DNA of 36,843 bases from Candidatus Omnitrophota bacterium (GTDB lineage Bacteria; Omnitrophota; Gorgyraeia; B26-G9): NCBI GenBank assembly GCA_023819605.1, contig JAMWCB010000002.1, positions 1 to 36,843 of the forward strand, given 5' to 3'. Within the stretch, counting starts at the first letter, position 1. Each line of letters starts with the position of its first letter. Position numbers and translations under genes: made by a program. The notes under the pieces are model-generated. The model did not search any database and was not told the DNA's origin. It was given only the letters and a program-made list of their open reading frames with translations. Below, piece after piece: positions 24,978 through 33,047 of this stretch.

Positions 24978-25454
24978 TCAAATTTTATTCGTTTTAAGGC
25001 ACACTTCAACCGTAAAATTCCCTTCTTCCGTGGCAAAGGGAATCACAATGTACGGAAAATCTTTCACGCGGCTCAATTCATGGTTATCGCCGATCACCAC
25101 CGTCGGCAGGGCGATTTTAAAACTAAACCCTCGCTGGGTCAATTCGCCTTTCGCGCCGCCGGCAATCATATTGACAATCTCGCCGACCGCGTCGCGCACA
25201 TCCGCGTCGATTTCCTGTTTTTCCTCGCCGAGCATATTCGCCGCAATCTTCACGGCCAATTGCCGCTGCAGGCAAAACGCCACCCAGCCGTTCGCATCCC
25301 CGGCCATGCCGATAATCGCTGAAATATCGCGGTTAAACTCGTTTTCGTCCGTCGTTTTTATATAGGGACTGCCGCGCGTAACCGTGAGCATCGCCATCGT
25401 CGTCAATGCGTTGACCGTGGCATTGATAAAGGAATTAATCATATCGACGTTCAT
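24978..25454 (-). CDS. cheX: CheY-P phosphatase CheX
   Basis: 158 aa. The N-terminus MNVDMINSFINATVNALTTMAML and the central IIGMAGDANGW...GEIVNMIAGGAKG are CheX/CheC-superfamily hallmarks. GAGGAG lies upstream. Confidence 0.8.
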   Translation of the reverse strand: MNVDMINSFINATVNALTTMAMLTVTRGSPYIKTTDENEFNRDISAIIGMAGDANGWVAFCLQRQLAVKIAANMLGEEKQEIDADVRDAVGEIVNMIAGGAKGELTQRGFSFKIALPTVVIGDNHELSRVKDFPYIVIPFATEEGNFTVEVCLKTNKI

Positions 25455-25490
25455 TACCGCTCCTCAGGTTGTCAACATTGTTATCCGCAT

Positions 25491-25865
25491 TTACGCGCTG
25501 ATAAAACGCGTAACTTTTGCTTTCAGGGCTTCCGGGGTAAACGGTTTTACGATATAGTCGTTGACCCCTTGTTTCAAAGCCTCGACCACTTCCGTTTTTG
25601 CCGCTTCGGTGGTGATCATAATGACCGGAATCATCTTAAACGTATCGCTGCCGCGCACGGATTTCACAAAAGTCAATCCGTCCATTTCCGGCATATTCCA
25701 ATCGGTAAGAATAAGATTGAATCCCCCGGCTTTTAATTTCGATAGCGCGTCGATGCCGTTTTCCGCTTCCACGGAATTTTCAAAGCCGATTTTCTGCAGC
25801 GTATTCTTAATTATCCGGCGCATGGTGGACGAATCGTCTACCACTAATATTTTTACGTTGCTCAT
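25491..25865 (-). CDS. cheY: chemotaxis response regulator CheY
   Basis: 124-aa single receiver domain: KILVVDDSSTMRRII, ILTDWNMPEMDG, ITTEA, YIVKPF. The ATG overlaps the fliY stop (ATGA). Confidence 0.9.
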   Translation of the reverse strand: MSNVKILVVDDSSTMRRIIKNTLQKIGFENSVEAENGIDALSKLKAGGFNLILTDWNMPEMDGLTFVKSVRGSDTFKMIPVIMITTEAAKTEVVEALKQGVNDYIVKPFTPEALKAKVTRFISA

Positions 25866-26779
25866 TTGCCGACCTCCGTGATTTTTGCACCAAAATGTTC
25901 TGCGATCGTTACAATTTCCGCGCGGGCGAGGATACGGCGGCCAAACGCCACCGCAACCGGCTCGCGGATCGTTGCGTCAAACTTTAAAACCAGGCCGCGC
26001 CGGCCGGCGGTCCATAACTGCCGCAACGTCATTTTCTGCCGCGCTAATTGCACGGCGACCGGAACTTTAATTTTCGCAACGGTATCGAAGTCTCCATACC
26101 GCCGACAGTATTCGGCGATCGTTTGCAGCCGGTCTTTTTTTTCCGGCTCTTCCGTTGGCTGCGCGGCAACCTCATCAAATCCCTCCATTTGATTCATGAT
26201 CGCCTGCTCAAAATCAGCTACCGCGGCGCGGGCGAACGGAATGGAGACAAAACTCAGCAGTGTGCTGTCCACCATATCCGCAACCTTAAAACGGAACAGG
26301 ACTTTCACAATCCCTTCCGGAAACAACCCCGCAAAATCCGTCGGTTCTCCCAGAGTTATCGATCCGGCGTCAAACTTAATCGTTTTCCGAATGCTCTTGG
26401 TAAGCACATCTTCGCCCATGCGGGTAATTTCCTGCATCATCACTAAAATGGCCTGCTTACCTTCTGCCGCATGCGTGGGCGGAACGAAAATTACTTTTTT
26501 TTCCACCATGCGCGTGGCAATCTGCTCGGCGGTACCCACGTCCATGGCAAAAAACCATTCGCCGCGATAGTCGCCGGAAAATGAAAAACGCAGGACGACA
26601 CTTTTTTCCTCCGTGGCGGCAACCGCCTCCGCCGCTTCGACGATCGTCACTTTCGGCGGCGCAAATTTTACCTGGCCATGCAAACGGCCGGTCAATTCAT
26701 TAGCCGGCGCGCCGAAGGCGATATTACAGATTTCCGCAAACGAATCGGTTTCTTCCTTGCGCATCAATGGCTCATCCAT
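25862..26779 (-). CDS. fliY: flagellar motor switch protein FliY (CheC-like domain plus FliN/SpoA domain)
   Basis: N-terminal CheC-like motif DSFAEICNIAFGAPANEL. C-terminal SpoA/FliN segment VPVAVQLARQKMTLRQLWTAGRRGLVLKFD...VAFGRRILARAEIVTIAEHFGAKITEV. Confidence 0.8.
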   Translation of the reverse strand: MDEPLMRKEETDSFAEICNIAFGAPANELTGRLHGQVKFAPPKVTIVEAAEAVAATEEKSVVLRFSFSGDYRGEWFFAMDVGTAEQIATRMVEKKVIFVPPTHAAEGKQAILVMMQEITRMGEDVLTKSIRKTIKFDAGSITLGEPTDFAGLFPEGIVKVLFRFKVADMVDSTLLSFVSIPFARAAVADFEQAIMNQMEGFDEVAAQPTEEPEKKDRLQTIAEYCRRYGDFDTVAKIKVPVAVQLARQKMTLRQLWTAGRRGLVLKFDATIREPVAVAFGRRILARAEIVTIAEHFGAKITEVGK

Positions 26780-26957
26780 GGCCGCTCCGCATCAGGTACG
26801 GGTCATTGCGCACCCACTCTTTGAGCTGCTCGCGCTCGAACCGCCACTTATGCATAATTTTCCGAGCAGGGATCTTACCTTCTTTCAGCAAACGGTAAAT
26901 CGACCGCTCGCTCAATTTTAAAAAATCCGCAGCTTCCTTCAACGTCAAAATATCCAT
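26772..26957 (-). CDS. excisionase-family (MerR-like) helix-turn-helix DNA-binding protein
   Basis: Start moved to ATG 26957. MDILTLKEAADFLKLSERSIYRLLKEGKIPARKIMHKWRFEREQLKEWV matches the excisionase-type HTH pattern. The stop lies 8 nt inside fliY. The longer 27095 start adds an implausible R/G/C-rich extension. Confidence 0.65.
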   Translation of the reverse strand: MDILTLKEAADFLKLSERSIYRLLKEGKIPARKIMHKWRFEREQLKEWVRNDPYLMRSGHG

Positions 26958-27195
26958 GATGCTGCCACCGCTTATCTTCTCCAAACAATCCCCCCTGGAT
27001 AGGCATTCCCTGCCGGCACTCCGCTGCCCGGCGCGGTCCCGGCAGCCGCCACGGTGCCAAAGGCACAAAACCCGCGCTGGTTTACCCGGTGGCATTTCAC
27101 CGGCCCGGCGAACTATACGGGCTACTGCCGCTTTCCTCTTTACACCTATATTATCGGAGTTTTACGAAAAAACTTGAGGATTTTCTATAAGATCG

Positions 27196-28233
27196 TTATG
27201 TTTTACGCCGCGAAGGCACCGCCGGCGCTACGGGCGCTGCCGCCGGCAGCGCAGCCGGAATTTTGGGGATATCCATTTTTTTATTAACAACCGCAATAGT
27301 TTTGTTATTCCGCAAGCCGATCGTGGCGGAAAAGATCGGTTTTTTCGCAACCGTCAAAACGACCGCCGGTTCGGCCGGTTTGTCTAAACGAATAATATCG
27401 CCTTCTTTCAATTCGGCAATTTCCCGGACTTTCAGAACGGTCGTATCTAAAACCGATTGGACCGTCAACGGCAGCCGGAGCAGCTCGCTGCGGAACTGCT
27501 TTTCCAGTTCGGCGCTCACATTTTGTTGTATACTGCGCACATCGGAACCGATCGACGGCAGGAGTTGTTCGAACGTCGCCATGGGAAAACACACATTAAT
27601 AATACCGGAGGCTTTGCCCAGTTTAACTTCAAAACAAAGCAACAGCACTAATTCGTCCGTATCCAGTCCCTGCGCGAATCGCGGATCGGTTTCCGTGCGT
27701 TCAACCTGGGGCGAAAAAGAAAAAACCTGTTTCCAGGCCAGGCGGTAGGCTTCCAACAGCCGATGGATTATTTTTGAAGAAAGCGATATTTCCAGGGGGG
27801 TCAACGGCCGGATCGACGCAGACTCTTCCGCGCTGCCGCCGAGCAGCCGCTCGACAAAAAGCAACAAAATATTCAGGTTTATTTCAATAATAAAATTTCC
27901 TTTTACCGGCGGAATACTGATGACGTTCAAACAGGTATATTCAGGCAGGGAGAGCATAAATTCATTGTAGGTCAACTGGTCTGCCGAAACTAACTCGACA
28001 TTGACCAATGCCCGCACAAATCCGGAAAGCATAAACCCAAACTGCTGGGCAAAATTTTCATGAATTGCCCGCACCACGCGCAAAACCTCTTTCGGAATGC
28101 GGCTGGGCTTGGTAAAATCATATACCCTGATTTTCCGCTGTTTGGTGTCGCTTTTTTGCAGCGCGACCTGCCCGCCGTCCACGGCGTGCAATAAAGCATT
28201 GACCTCATCCTGATTGAGAGTATTTTCCGCCAT
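27196..28233 (-). CDS. fliM: flagellar motor switch protein FliM
   Basis: 345 aa. N-terminal CheY-P-binding peptide LNQDEVNALL. C-terminal SpoA domain LKVREIAELKEGDIIRLDKPAEPAVVLTVAKKPIFSATIG. GGAGGAG lies upstream. Confidence 0.85.
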   Translation of the reverse strand: MAENTLNQDEVNALLHAVDGGQVALQKSDTKQRKIRVYDFTKPSRIPKEVLRVVRAIHENFAQQFGFMLSGFVRALVNVELVSADQLTYNEFMLSLPEYTCLNVISIPPVKGNFIIEINLNILLLFVERLLGGSAEESASIRPLTPLEISLSSKIIHRLLEAYRLAWKQVFSFSPQVERTETDPRFAQGLDTDELVLLLCFEVKLGKASGIINVCFPMATFEQLLPSIGSDVRSIQQNVSAELEKQFRSELLRLPLTVQSVLDTTVLKVREIAELKEGDIIRLDKPAEPAVVLTVAKKPIFSATIGLRNNKTIAVVNKKMDIPKIPAALPAAAPVAPAVPSRRKT

Positions 28234-28263
28234 CCGCCTGGATATCTCCTCCCGCCCCGGCGA

Positions 28264-28797
28264 TTACACCTCCGGCGGTGCACTGTCGTCGACTTTATGT
28301 ATCTTCTGCACGAGCGCGCGAAGTATTTCCCGCGTTCGCCGGGCCTTTTCCAGCGTTTCTTCCAATAATTCCTTCTGCAGGCTCGCATCCGCTAATTTTT
28401 CATTATATTTTGTCAACAGCGTATAGTAGCGCAACCCCCGGTCAACGGCATTTTTCACTTCGAGAATGCTGCGAAACGGTTTAAGCAGATAATCATACAC
28501 CCCTTCGGCGACCGCCCGCGTCGCAATATTATCACTGCCGTATCCGGTCATCAAAATCGTAATAATATTCGGGTGGCGGGACTTGGCGTGATAGAGCACA
28601 TCCAAACCCGTTTTACCTTCTTCCAGCTTATAATCGGAAAGCACCAGGGCGTACGGATCGGCATCAAGTTTACGCTCGGCAATCTCGGCGCTTTGCGCGC
28701 AATCGACCAGGCACTCCGGCGGACGGGAAAGAATCCTATTCAGTAAATCACAAATATCTTTTTCATCATCAACAACAAGTATTTTCAAAGGCGCCAT
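28264..28797 (-). CDS. response regulator (receiver domain plus C-terminal coiled-coil, no known output domain)
   Basis: KILVVDDEKDICDLL, VLSDYKLEEGKTG, YLLKPF. The C-terminal ~55 aa are helical and charged. Confidence 0.85.
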   Translation of the reverse strand: MAPLKILVVDDEKDICDLLNRILSRPPECLVDCAQSAEIAERKLDADPYALVLSDYKLEEGKTGLDVLYHAKSRHPNIITILMTGYGSDNIATRAVAEGVYDYLLKPFRSILEVKNAVDRGLRYYTLLTKYNEKLADASLQKELLEETLEKARRTREILRALVQKIHKVDDSAPPEV

Positions 28798-28814
28798 ACA
28801 TTATCCATCCTGCA

Positions 28815-29231
28815 TTAATTCACCAAACACTCCGCTCCCACATGCCGGGAAATTTTTTCCCGCGCCGCCGCTGGAATATTCTCAAAGGCCATACCGATCC
28901 GGCACCGATTACTGCCGCGCGCGCCGGACAGCTCACGCCGCCAGACCACCACTCCCTGTGCATACACCGACTCGATCACCGCCGCTTTATCATCTTCCGG
29001 AACATACACTTCCATCCACACGCGCGCGCCGGCCGGAATATCAAACGGCACATCAACGGCAACACCGCCGCCGCTGATATTCGTGGTCAGCAACTCCACC
29101 GCGGTTCCTGCCGCGCCATATCCGAAACAAACCATTACTAACTGTTCTTCACTCCGGGGGTTTTTACGCTGCTCGGCAACAGTTGCCCCCCTGCCAAAAT
29201 TATTTCGATCCGCCTTCCTTTGCATGTCCAT
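28815..29231 (-). CDS. PilZ domain protein (c-di-GMP receptor type)
   Basis: RxxxR motif (RKNPR) and D/NxSxxG motif (NISGGG) at the expected spacing. 138 aa. Confidence 0.75.
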   Translation of the reverse strand: MDMQRKADRNNFGRGATVAEQRKNPRSEEQLVMVCFGYGAAGTAVELLTTNISGGGVAVDVPFDIPAGARVWMEVYVPEDDKAAVIESVYAQGVVVWRRELSGARGSNRCRIGMAFENIPAAAREKISRHVGAECLVN

Positions 29232-29264
29232 CTCTCCTTAAAAAAATTTCCCGCACCGGAACGC

Positions 29265-29852
29265 TCAACGCATAGAACGCATAATCGTCCACAGCATCGC
29301 CGCTTCTTTACCCCCTAAATTTTTAATACCGGTAAATATCGGACGAACCAGATAAATACTATCACCCGGTTCAAGAATAATTTCTTTATTATTTACCGCA
29401 ACCTGCACACGCCCCTGGGTCGGCAATCCCAACATTTCGCCGCCTTCCGGGCAATGTTCCGAAGGAATAACTTCGTGCGGGTGCAGCCGCAACAACAACG
29501 GCAATATCTGCAGATCCAATACGCTCGCCGCTAAAATTTCGTAGCGGCCGTGAATCTGCGTTGGCGCATGCCGTCGAATAAAAACAAATTCCGAAGATTC
29601 GTCTTTTTTAAAAAAAGCCGCTACCGATGTTCCCAATGCTTCGGCTATCCGACGGAGCGAATCAACCGAGGGAGATGTCACGCCTTTTTCCAATTGCGAC
29701 AAAAAACTTGAAGTCAATCCGGTGCGCGCCGCCAGCTCCTTCAATGCTAAACGCTTTTCCTGCCGTAGCTGTTTAACTTTGTACCCTATTGAATCCACTG
29801 CTGCCGCCCTTCTCTGCGCGACTATCATAATAATACCACCTATCCGCCCCAC
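29265..29852 (-). CDS. XRE-family HTH transcriptional regulator with C-terminal cupin domain
   Basis: HTH IGYKVKQLRQEKRLALKELAARTGLTSSFLSQLEKGVTSPSVDSLRRIAEAL, and a cupin-like C-terminus (GDSIYLVRP...). The start is uncertain: GTG 29852 gives the longest ORF, and ATG 29828 or GTG 29798 are alternatives. Confidence 0.8.
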   Translation of the reverse strand: MGRIGGIIMIVAQRRAAAVDSIGYKVKQLRQEKRLALKELAARTGLTSSFLSQLEKGVTSPSVDSLRRIAEALGTSVAAFFKKDESSEFVFIRRHAPTQIHGRYEILAASVLDLQILPLLLRLHPHEVIPSEHCPEGGEMLGLPTQGRVQVAVNNKEIILEPGDSIYLVRPIFTGIKNLGGKEAAMLWTIMRSMR

Positions 29853-29894
29853 AAGTCAAATATATTGTAGTATACGTTTCCGACATCCACAGCA

Positions 29895-30989
29895 TTATGC
29901 GTTCTTTTCCTGTCCGGATATTTCTGCCTGGCCCAAAAAAATTTTTCTGAAAATATCGATATTTTCCTGAATGAAATCCCGCTGCGTTGCCGCTATTGCC
30001 TTGCTTTCCACTGCATAACGCGCAATAGTATTCAGTGCGCAGTGGATATCGCGCAGCGAATCTGTCCCTTTTATCGAAATATTTTGCGCCCGCAGCTGAC
30101 AATATTGCATCGCTACGGCCGCCTGCCCGGCAAGCACGGCCAGTACATTTTTATCCCGTGTACTAAAAACATCCGCCGCGGATTTTTCCGCGACATTCAA
30201 AACGCCCATCATCGTCTCGCGGCCATCTCCGGAATTAATCCCAATCAGCGGCACACTCAAAAATGACCCGCTGCGGTAATGCCGCTGCTCACCGTGTACC
30301 AACCGCAACTCATCGGCGATTTCTCTGACTAAAAGCGGCTCGCCGCTCTTCAAAACTCTGCCGGCGATCCCCTCACCCAAACGTATCCTGGTACTCTGGA
30401 TAACCGCACCTTCCAACCCCTGCGCGGCGGCGATCCGCAACTCTTGCGATTGTTCATCAAAAAGCATCAACGATCCTCGCAATGCCCCGGTAACCTGCAA
30501 CCCAACCTCCAAAGCACGACGGGCTATATCAGTGACGCTCTGCGCGACGCCGGCTACCCGCGTAATTTCCCAAAATGCATGCAACTCCTGTGTGCGCCCC
30601 AAGCCTGCCTGCAGTTGTTGCTTCTGCAGGCATTGCTGGATCGTCAAATATACGACGTTTAAATCAAACGGTTTGCAAATAAAATCAAACGCGCCGATTT
30701 TTATCGCCTCAACCGCAGCGGCAATGGTCGGATAACCGCTCAGCACGATAACTTCCACTTCCGGATTAGACCGCTTGATTTCCCGTAATACATCCATACC
30801 ATTTACTTTAGGCATCTGCAGATCCGTCAGGAGAATCTGGAAGCAAGTATTCCGCGCTTTTTCCAAAGCCTGCTCCCCATCTTCAGCGGTTTCCACGGCA
30901 TAGCCGCGGTCGCCGAGCGCGCGTTTGAGCAGATCGCGGATTACTTGTTCATCATCGACGATAAGAATGCGGGGCGTTTCTTTCAGCAT
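29895..30989 (-). CDS. response regulator with GAF domain
   Basis: Receiver domain (RILIVDDEQVIRDLL, LLTDLQMPKVNG, FICKPF), followed by a GAF-like domain (RGSLMLFDEQSQELRIAAAQG...GIAGRVL...SFLSVPL). Confidence 0.8.
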   Translation of the reverse strand: MLKETPRILIVDDEQVIRDLLKRALGDRGYAVETAEDGEQALEKARNTCFQILLTDLQMPKVNGMDVLREIKRSNPEVEVIVLSGYPTIAAAVEAIKIGAFDFICKPFDLNVVYLTIQQCLQKQQLQAGLGRTQELHAFWEITRVAGVAQSVTDIARRALEVGLQVTGALRGSLMLFDEQSQELRIAAAQGLEGAVIQSTRIRLGEGIAGRVLKSGEPLLVREIADELRLVHGEQRHYRSGSFLSVPLIGINSGDGRETMMGVLNVAEKSAADVFSTRDKNVLAVLAGQAAVAMQYCQLRAQNISIKGTDSLRDIHCALNTIARYAVESKAIAATQRDFIQENIDIFRKIFLGQAEISGQEKNA

Positions 30990-31156
30990 GGACGCAGAAT
31001 CCCAAACCTGTTCTTCCGATGTGTTCCGATCGAGACAAGTCTCCGATACTACCCCGGATATTATTTCGCCAGTGCAAAACAGCGAAACCTCGCCAGGGCT
31101 CCCGGCAAATATCCCGATACATGCCGGAGTTTTGAGCGCGGGCGTGAATAAACCGG

Positions 31157-31804
31157 TTAATGCGACAAATCCGTACCGGCAGACTGAGCGCTGGACAGAA
31201 AACCGGTGAGAAGCTTTTCCGATACGGCAAGTTCCTGGAGCAACTCCGGAATCGAGCCTGCGACGGTGTCCTGATGCCGCAGCTGCTCCAACATCTGCCG
31301 CGCCGACTCCAATGCTGCCGTTGCTTGACGGGCGACAAAAACTCCAGTTTTGGCTAAAGGAATCAATTTCTCCGCCTGCGCGAGCTGCCGGACAAACTCC
31401 AACGGCTGCCCTTCCAGACGGCGCAACCAGGAAAGCCTCCGAATACAGCTGACGATCTCATCAATATTAAAAGGTTTCAAAATAATATCAAAACAGCCCA
31501 AGGCGACCGCTTCATTGGCTGCATCCGCATCCATACTGCCGGCCAAGACCACCGACACGATGTGGTATTGTGCGGCCTGGATACGCCGAAGCAATTCCAA
31601 ACCGTCCATGCGCGGCATCATCATATCAACAAGAAGAATATCAAATGATTCCCGCTGCACCATGTCCCACGCCTGCGCGCCGTCTTCCGCGAAAAAAACA
31701 GTACAGCCGGCCTGTCCTAAAACCCGCGCAAGCAAATCGCGCACTACCTGCTCATCATCGGCAACCAGAATACGGCAGCTTTCGCTGCGGTTGCTGGTAT
31801 TCAT
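31157..31804 (-). CDS. response regulator with uncharacterised helical C-terminal domain
   Basis: Start moved to ATG 31804, which has GGGAGGG 4 nt upstream. Receiver domain (RILVADDEQVVRDLL, LLVDMMMPRMDG, IILKPF) plus a helical tail of ~90 aa. Confidence 0.8.
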   Translation of the reverse strand: MNTSNRSESCRILVADDEQVVRDLLARVLGQAGCTVFFAEDGAQAWDMVQRESFDILLVDMMMPRMDGLELLRRIQAAQYHIVSVVLAGSMDADAANEAVALGCFDIILKPFNIDEIVSCIRRLSWLRRLEGQPLEFVRQLAQAEKLIPLAKTGVFVARQATAALESARQMLEQLRHQDTVAGSIPELLQELAVSEKLLTGFLSSAQSAGTDLSH

Positions 31805-31855
31805 AAACCCTCCCTGGCGTATCGGTATCGTTGCGGACATTCTTCCCATTTTTTA

Positions 31856-31883
31856 TTATAACAAAAAAAATTTTTATTGCTAC
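31856..31883 (-). promoter_or_regulatory. candidate sigma70 promoter at the head of the signalling/switch cluster
   Basis: The minus strand reads TAGCAA-16 nt-TATAAT in a very AT-rich tract, about 50 nt upstream of ATG 31804. Confidence 0.35.
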
Positions 31884-31939
31884 TTTTAAATGCGCGGACT
31901 TAACGCCGGAGTTTTAAAACGTACGCGGATAAATCGGTT

Positions 31940-31983
31940 AAAAAAACAAATCGCGGAAATCTCCTGCAAGACTCCCGCGATTT
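31940..31983 (-). terminator. intrinsic terminator downstream of the CxxC-x17-CxxC gene
   Basis: The minus strand has a 9-bp stem AAATCGCGG/CCGCGATTT, followed by G and TTTTTTT. Confidence 0.6.
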
Positions 31984-32047
31984 GCTTAAAATTCCACCGC
32001 TCGTCTGCCGACGAGTAATGAACGATGCGCTACGACAGAAAATTTCG

Positions 32048-32218
32048 TTACCGCCGCCCGCCGCCATCATTGCGTTTTGAGAAACAATCCTTACAAAATA
32101 CCGGACGATCTCCGCTGGGCTTAAAAGGAACTTCGCATTCCTTTTTGCATTCCGAACAAGTCGTCTTGTGCATTTCCCGCGGCCGACCTCCGAATCTACC
32201 ACCCTGTTGAAAACCCAT
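32048..32218 (-). CDS. CxxC-x17-CxxC domain zinc-ribbon protein
   Basis: CSEC-17 residues-CKDC counted directly, with Gly/Arg-rich termini. The start is taken as ATG 32218, which has AAGGAGG 5 nt upstream. The longest ORF starts at 32254. Confidence 0.8.
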   Translation of the reverse strand: MGFQQGGRFGGRPREMHKTTCSECKKECEVPFKPSGDRPVFCKDCFSKRNDGGGRR

Positions 32219-32354
32219 ACTACCTCCTTCTTCGTTGCGGTATTTTTTATCCACTCAGACCCAGGCCCTCGCCCAGGCGAGTTCCATACCGTGTTAAACA
32301 ATCTTCTCCGTTGCCGCGCGCGGCACACCCGCGGATGGCCTATGCGCGCAAATT

Positions 32355-32699
32355 TTATCCGCGGCGCTTACGTCGTTGATAAAAAGGCTTTTGCCGCTGC
32401 CGGAACGCCCCGGCTCCCTCGCTCTTCTGCGGTGGTTCATACGAACGTTCTGCGGGAAAATGCGATTCCCTGCCGGCGCGCCGGCCCGCCCCCTCCGGGC
32501 GGAACGCCGCATCAAAAGGGCGTCGTGATTTGGAAAAATTTCGGCTTTCCACCGGCCGCTCGCCGGATTGCCCAAGCAGCAAATCAATCTTTCGTTCTAA
32601 AAAAACCAACTGCTGCTGCATTCTTTTCATCATCGCCGCTAACTCACTCTCGGTTTGTTGCGGCGAAGACGAATGTTCCCGTTGAAAATATTTTCTCAT
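32355..32699 (-). CDS. hypothetical small basic protein with N-terminal coiled-coil
   Basis: 114-aa ORF with an ATG start preceded by AAAGGAG. It has a coiled segment ESELAAMMKRMQQQLVFLERKIDLLLGQ and an Arg/Gly/Pro-rich tail ending in QRRKRRG. Confidence 0.6.
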   Translation of the reverse strand: MRKYFQREHSSSPQQTESELAAMMKRMQQQLVFLERKIDLLLGQSGERPVESRNFSKSRRPFDAAFRPEGAGRRAGRESHFPAERSYEPPQKSEGAGAFRQRQKPFYQRRKRRG

Positions 32700-32971
32700 C
32701 GCGCTCCTTTTAAACGTATGCCGGAAGGAAAACCTCTCCGTTCATTACACCGCATCCCTGGCCTTTTACCTCAACTGCTGCGCCGGGGGGCTGCCACGTT
32801 CAACAGCCAATCGATTCCCTTGTTAATTCCCGTATACCTGCAACGCGCTACCAATCCCAGCGCGCACTGTGGGTGAGAAAATATACCCCCGAACCTTTTT
32901 ACCTTAATCCATTACAACAACCGCCTAACCTTCGGGCGTATTTTTCACCAGCGGGGTAAGATATGCTCAAT

Positions 32972-33000
32972 AGTATACTGCCAAAAAAAAAGAAAGTCAA
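32972..33000 (-). promoter_or_regulatory. near-consensus sigma70 promoter
   Basis: The minus strand reads TTGACT-17 nt-TATACT, about 265 nt upstream of ATG 32699. Confidence 0.5.
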
Positions 33001-33026
33001 AACTTATAATTTGAACTTATAATTTG
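33001..33026. repeat. tandem direct repeat, 2 x 13 bp (AACTTATAATTTG)
   Basis: Two exact copies, at 33001-33013 and 33014-33026, followed by a partial third (AATTAC). On the minus strand the repeat abuts the -35 element directly. Confidence 0.9.
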
Positions 33027-33047
33027 AATTACTCATCCGGCGCGCCG

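Noticed and set aside
29823-29858. TTGACT-18-TATTAT on the minus strand in front of the XRE-cupin gene.
   Set aside because: It is not listed as a feature because the -10 overlaps the candidate ATG 29828. It would require a further-downstream GTG start (29798), and the 18-nt spacer and lack of supporting evidence make it too uncertain.
32720-32733. GCCGGAAGGAAAAC, which resembles the SRP (4.5S) RNA GGAAGGAAGCAGC core.
   Set aside because: The conserved GNAR tetraloop context and the flanking symmetric loop sequences are absent. On the transcribed (minus) strand the segment is part of the SD-proximal leader.
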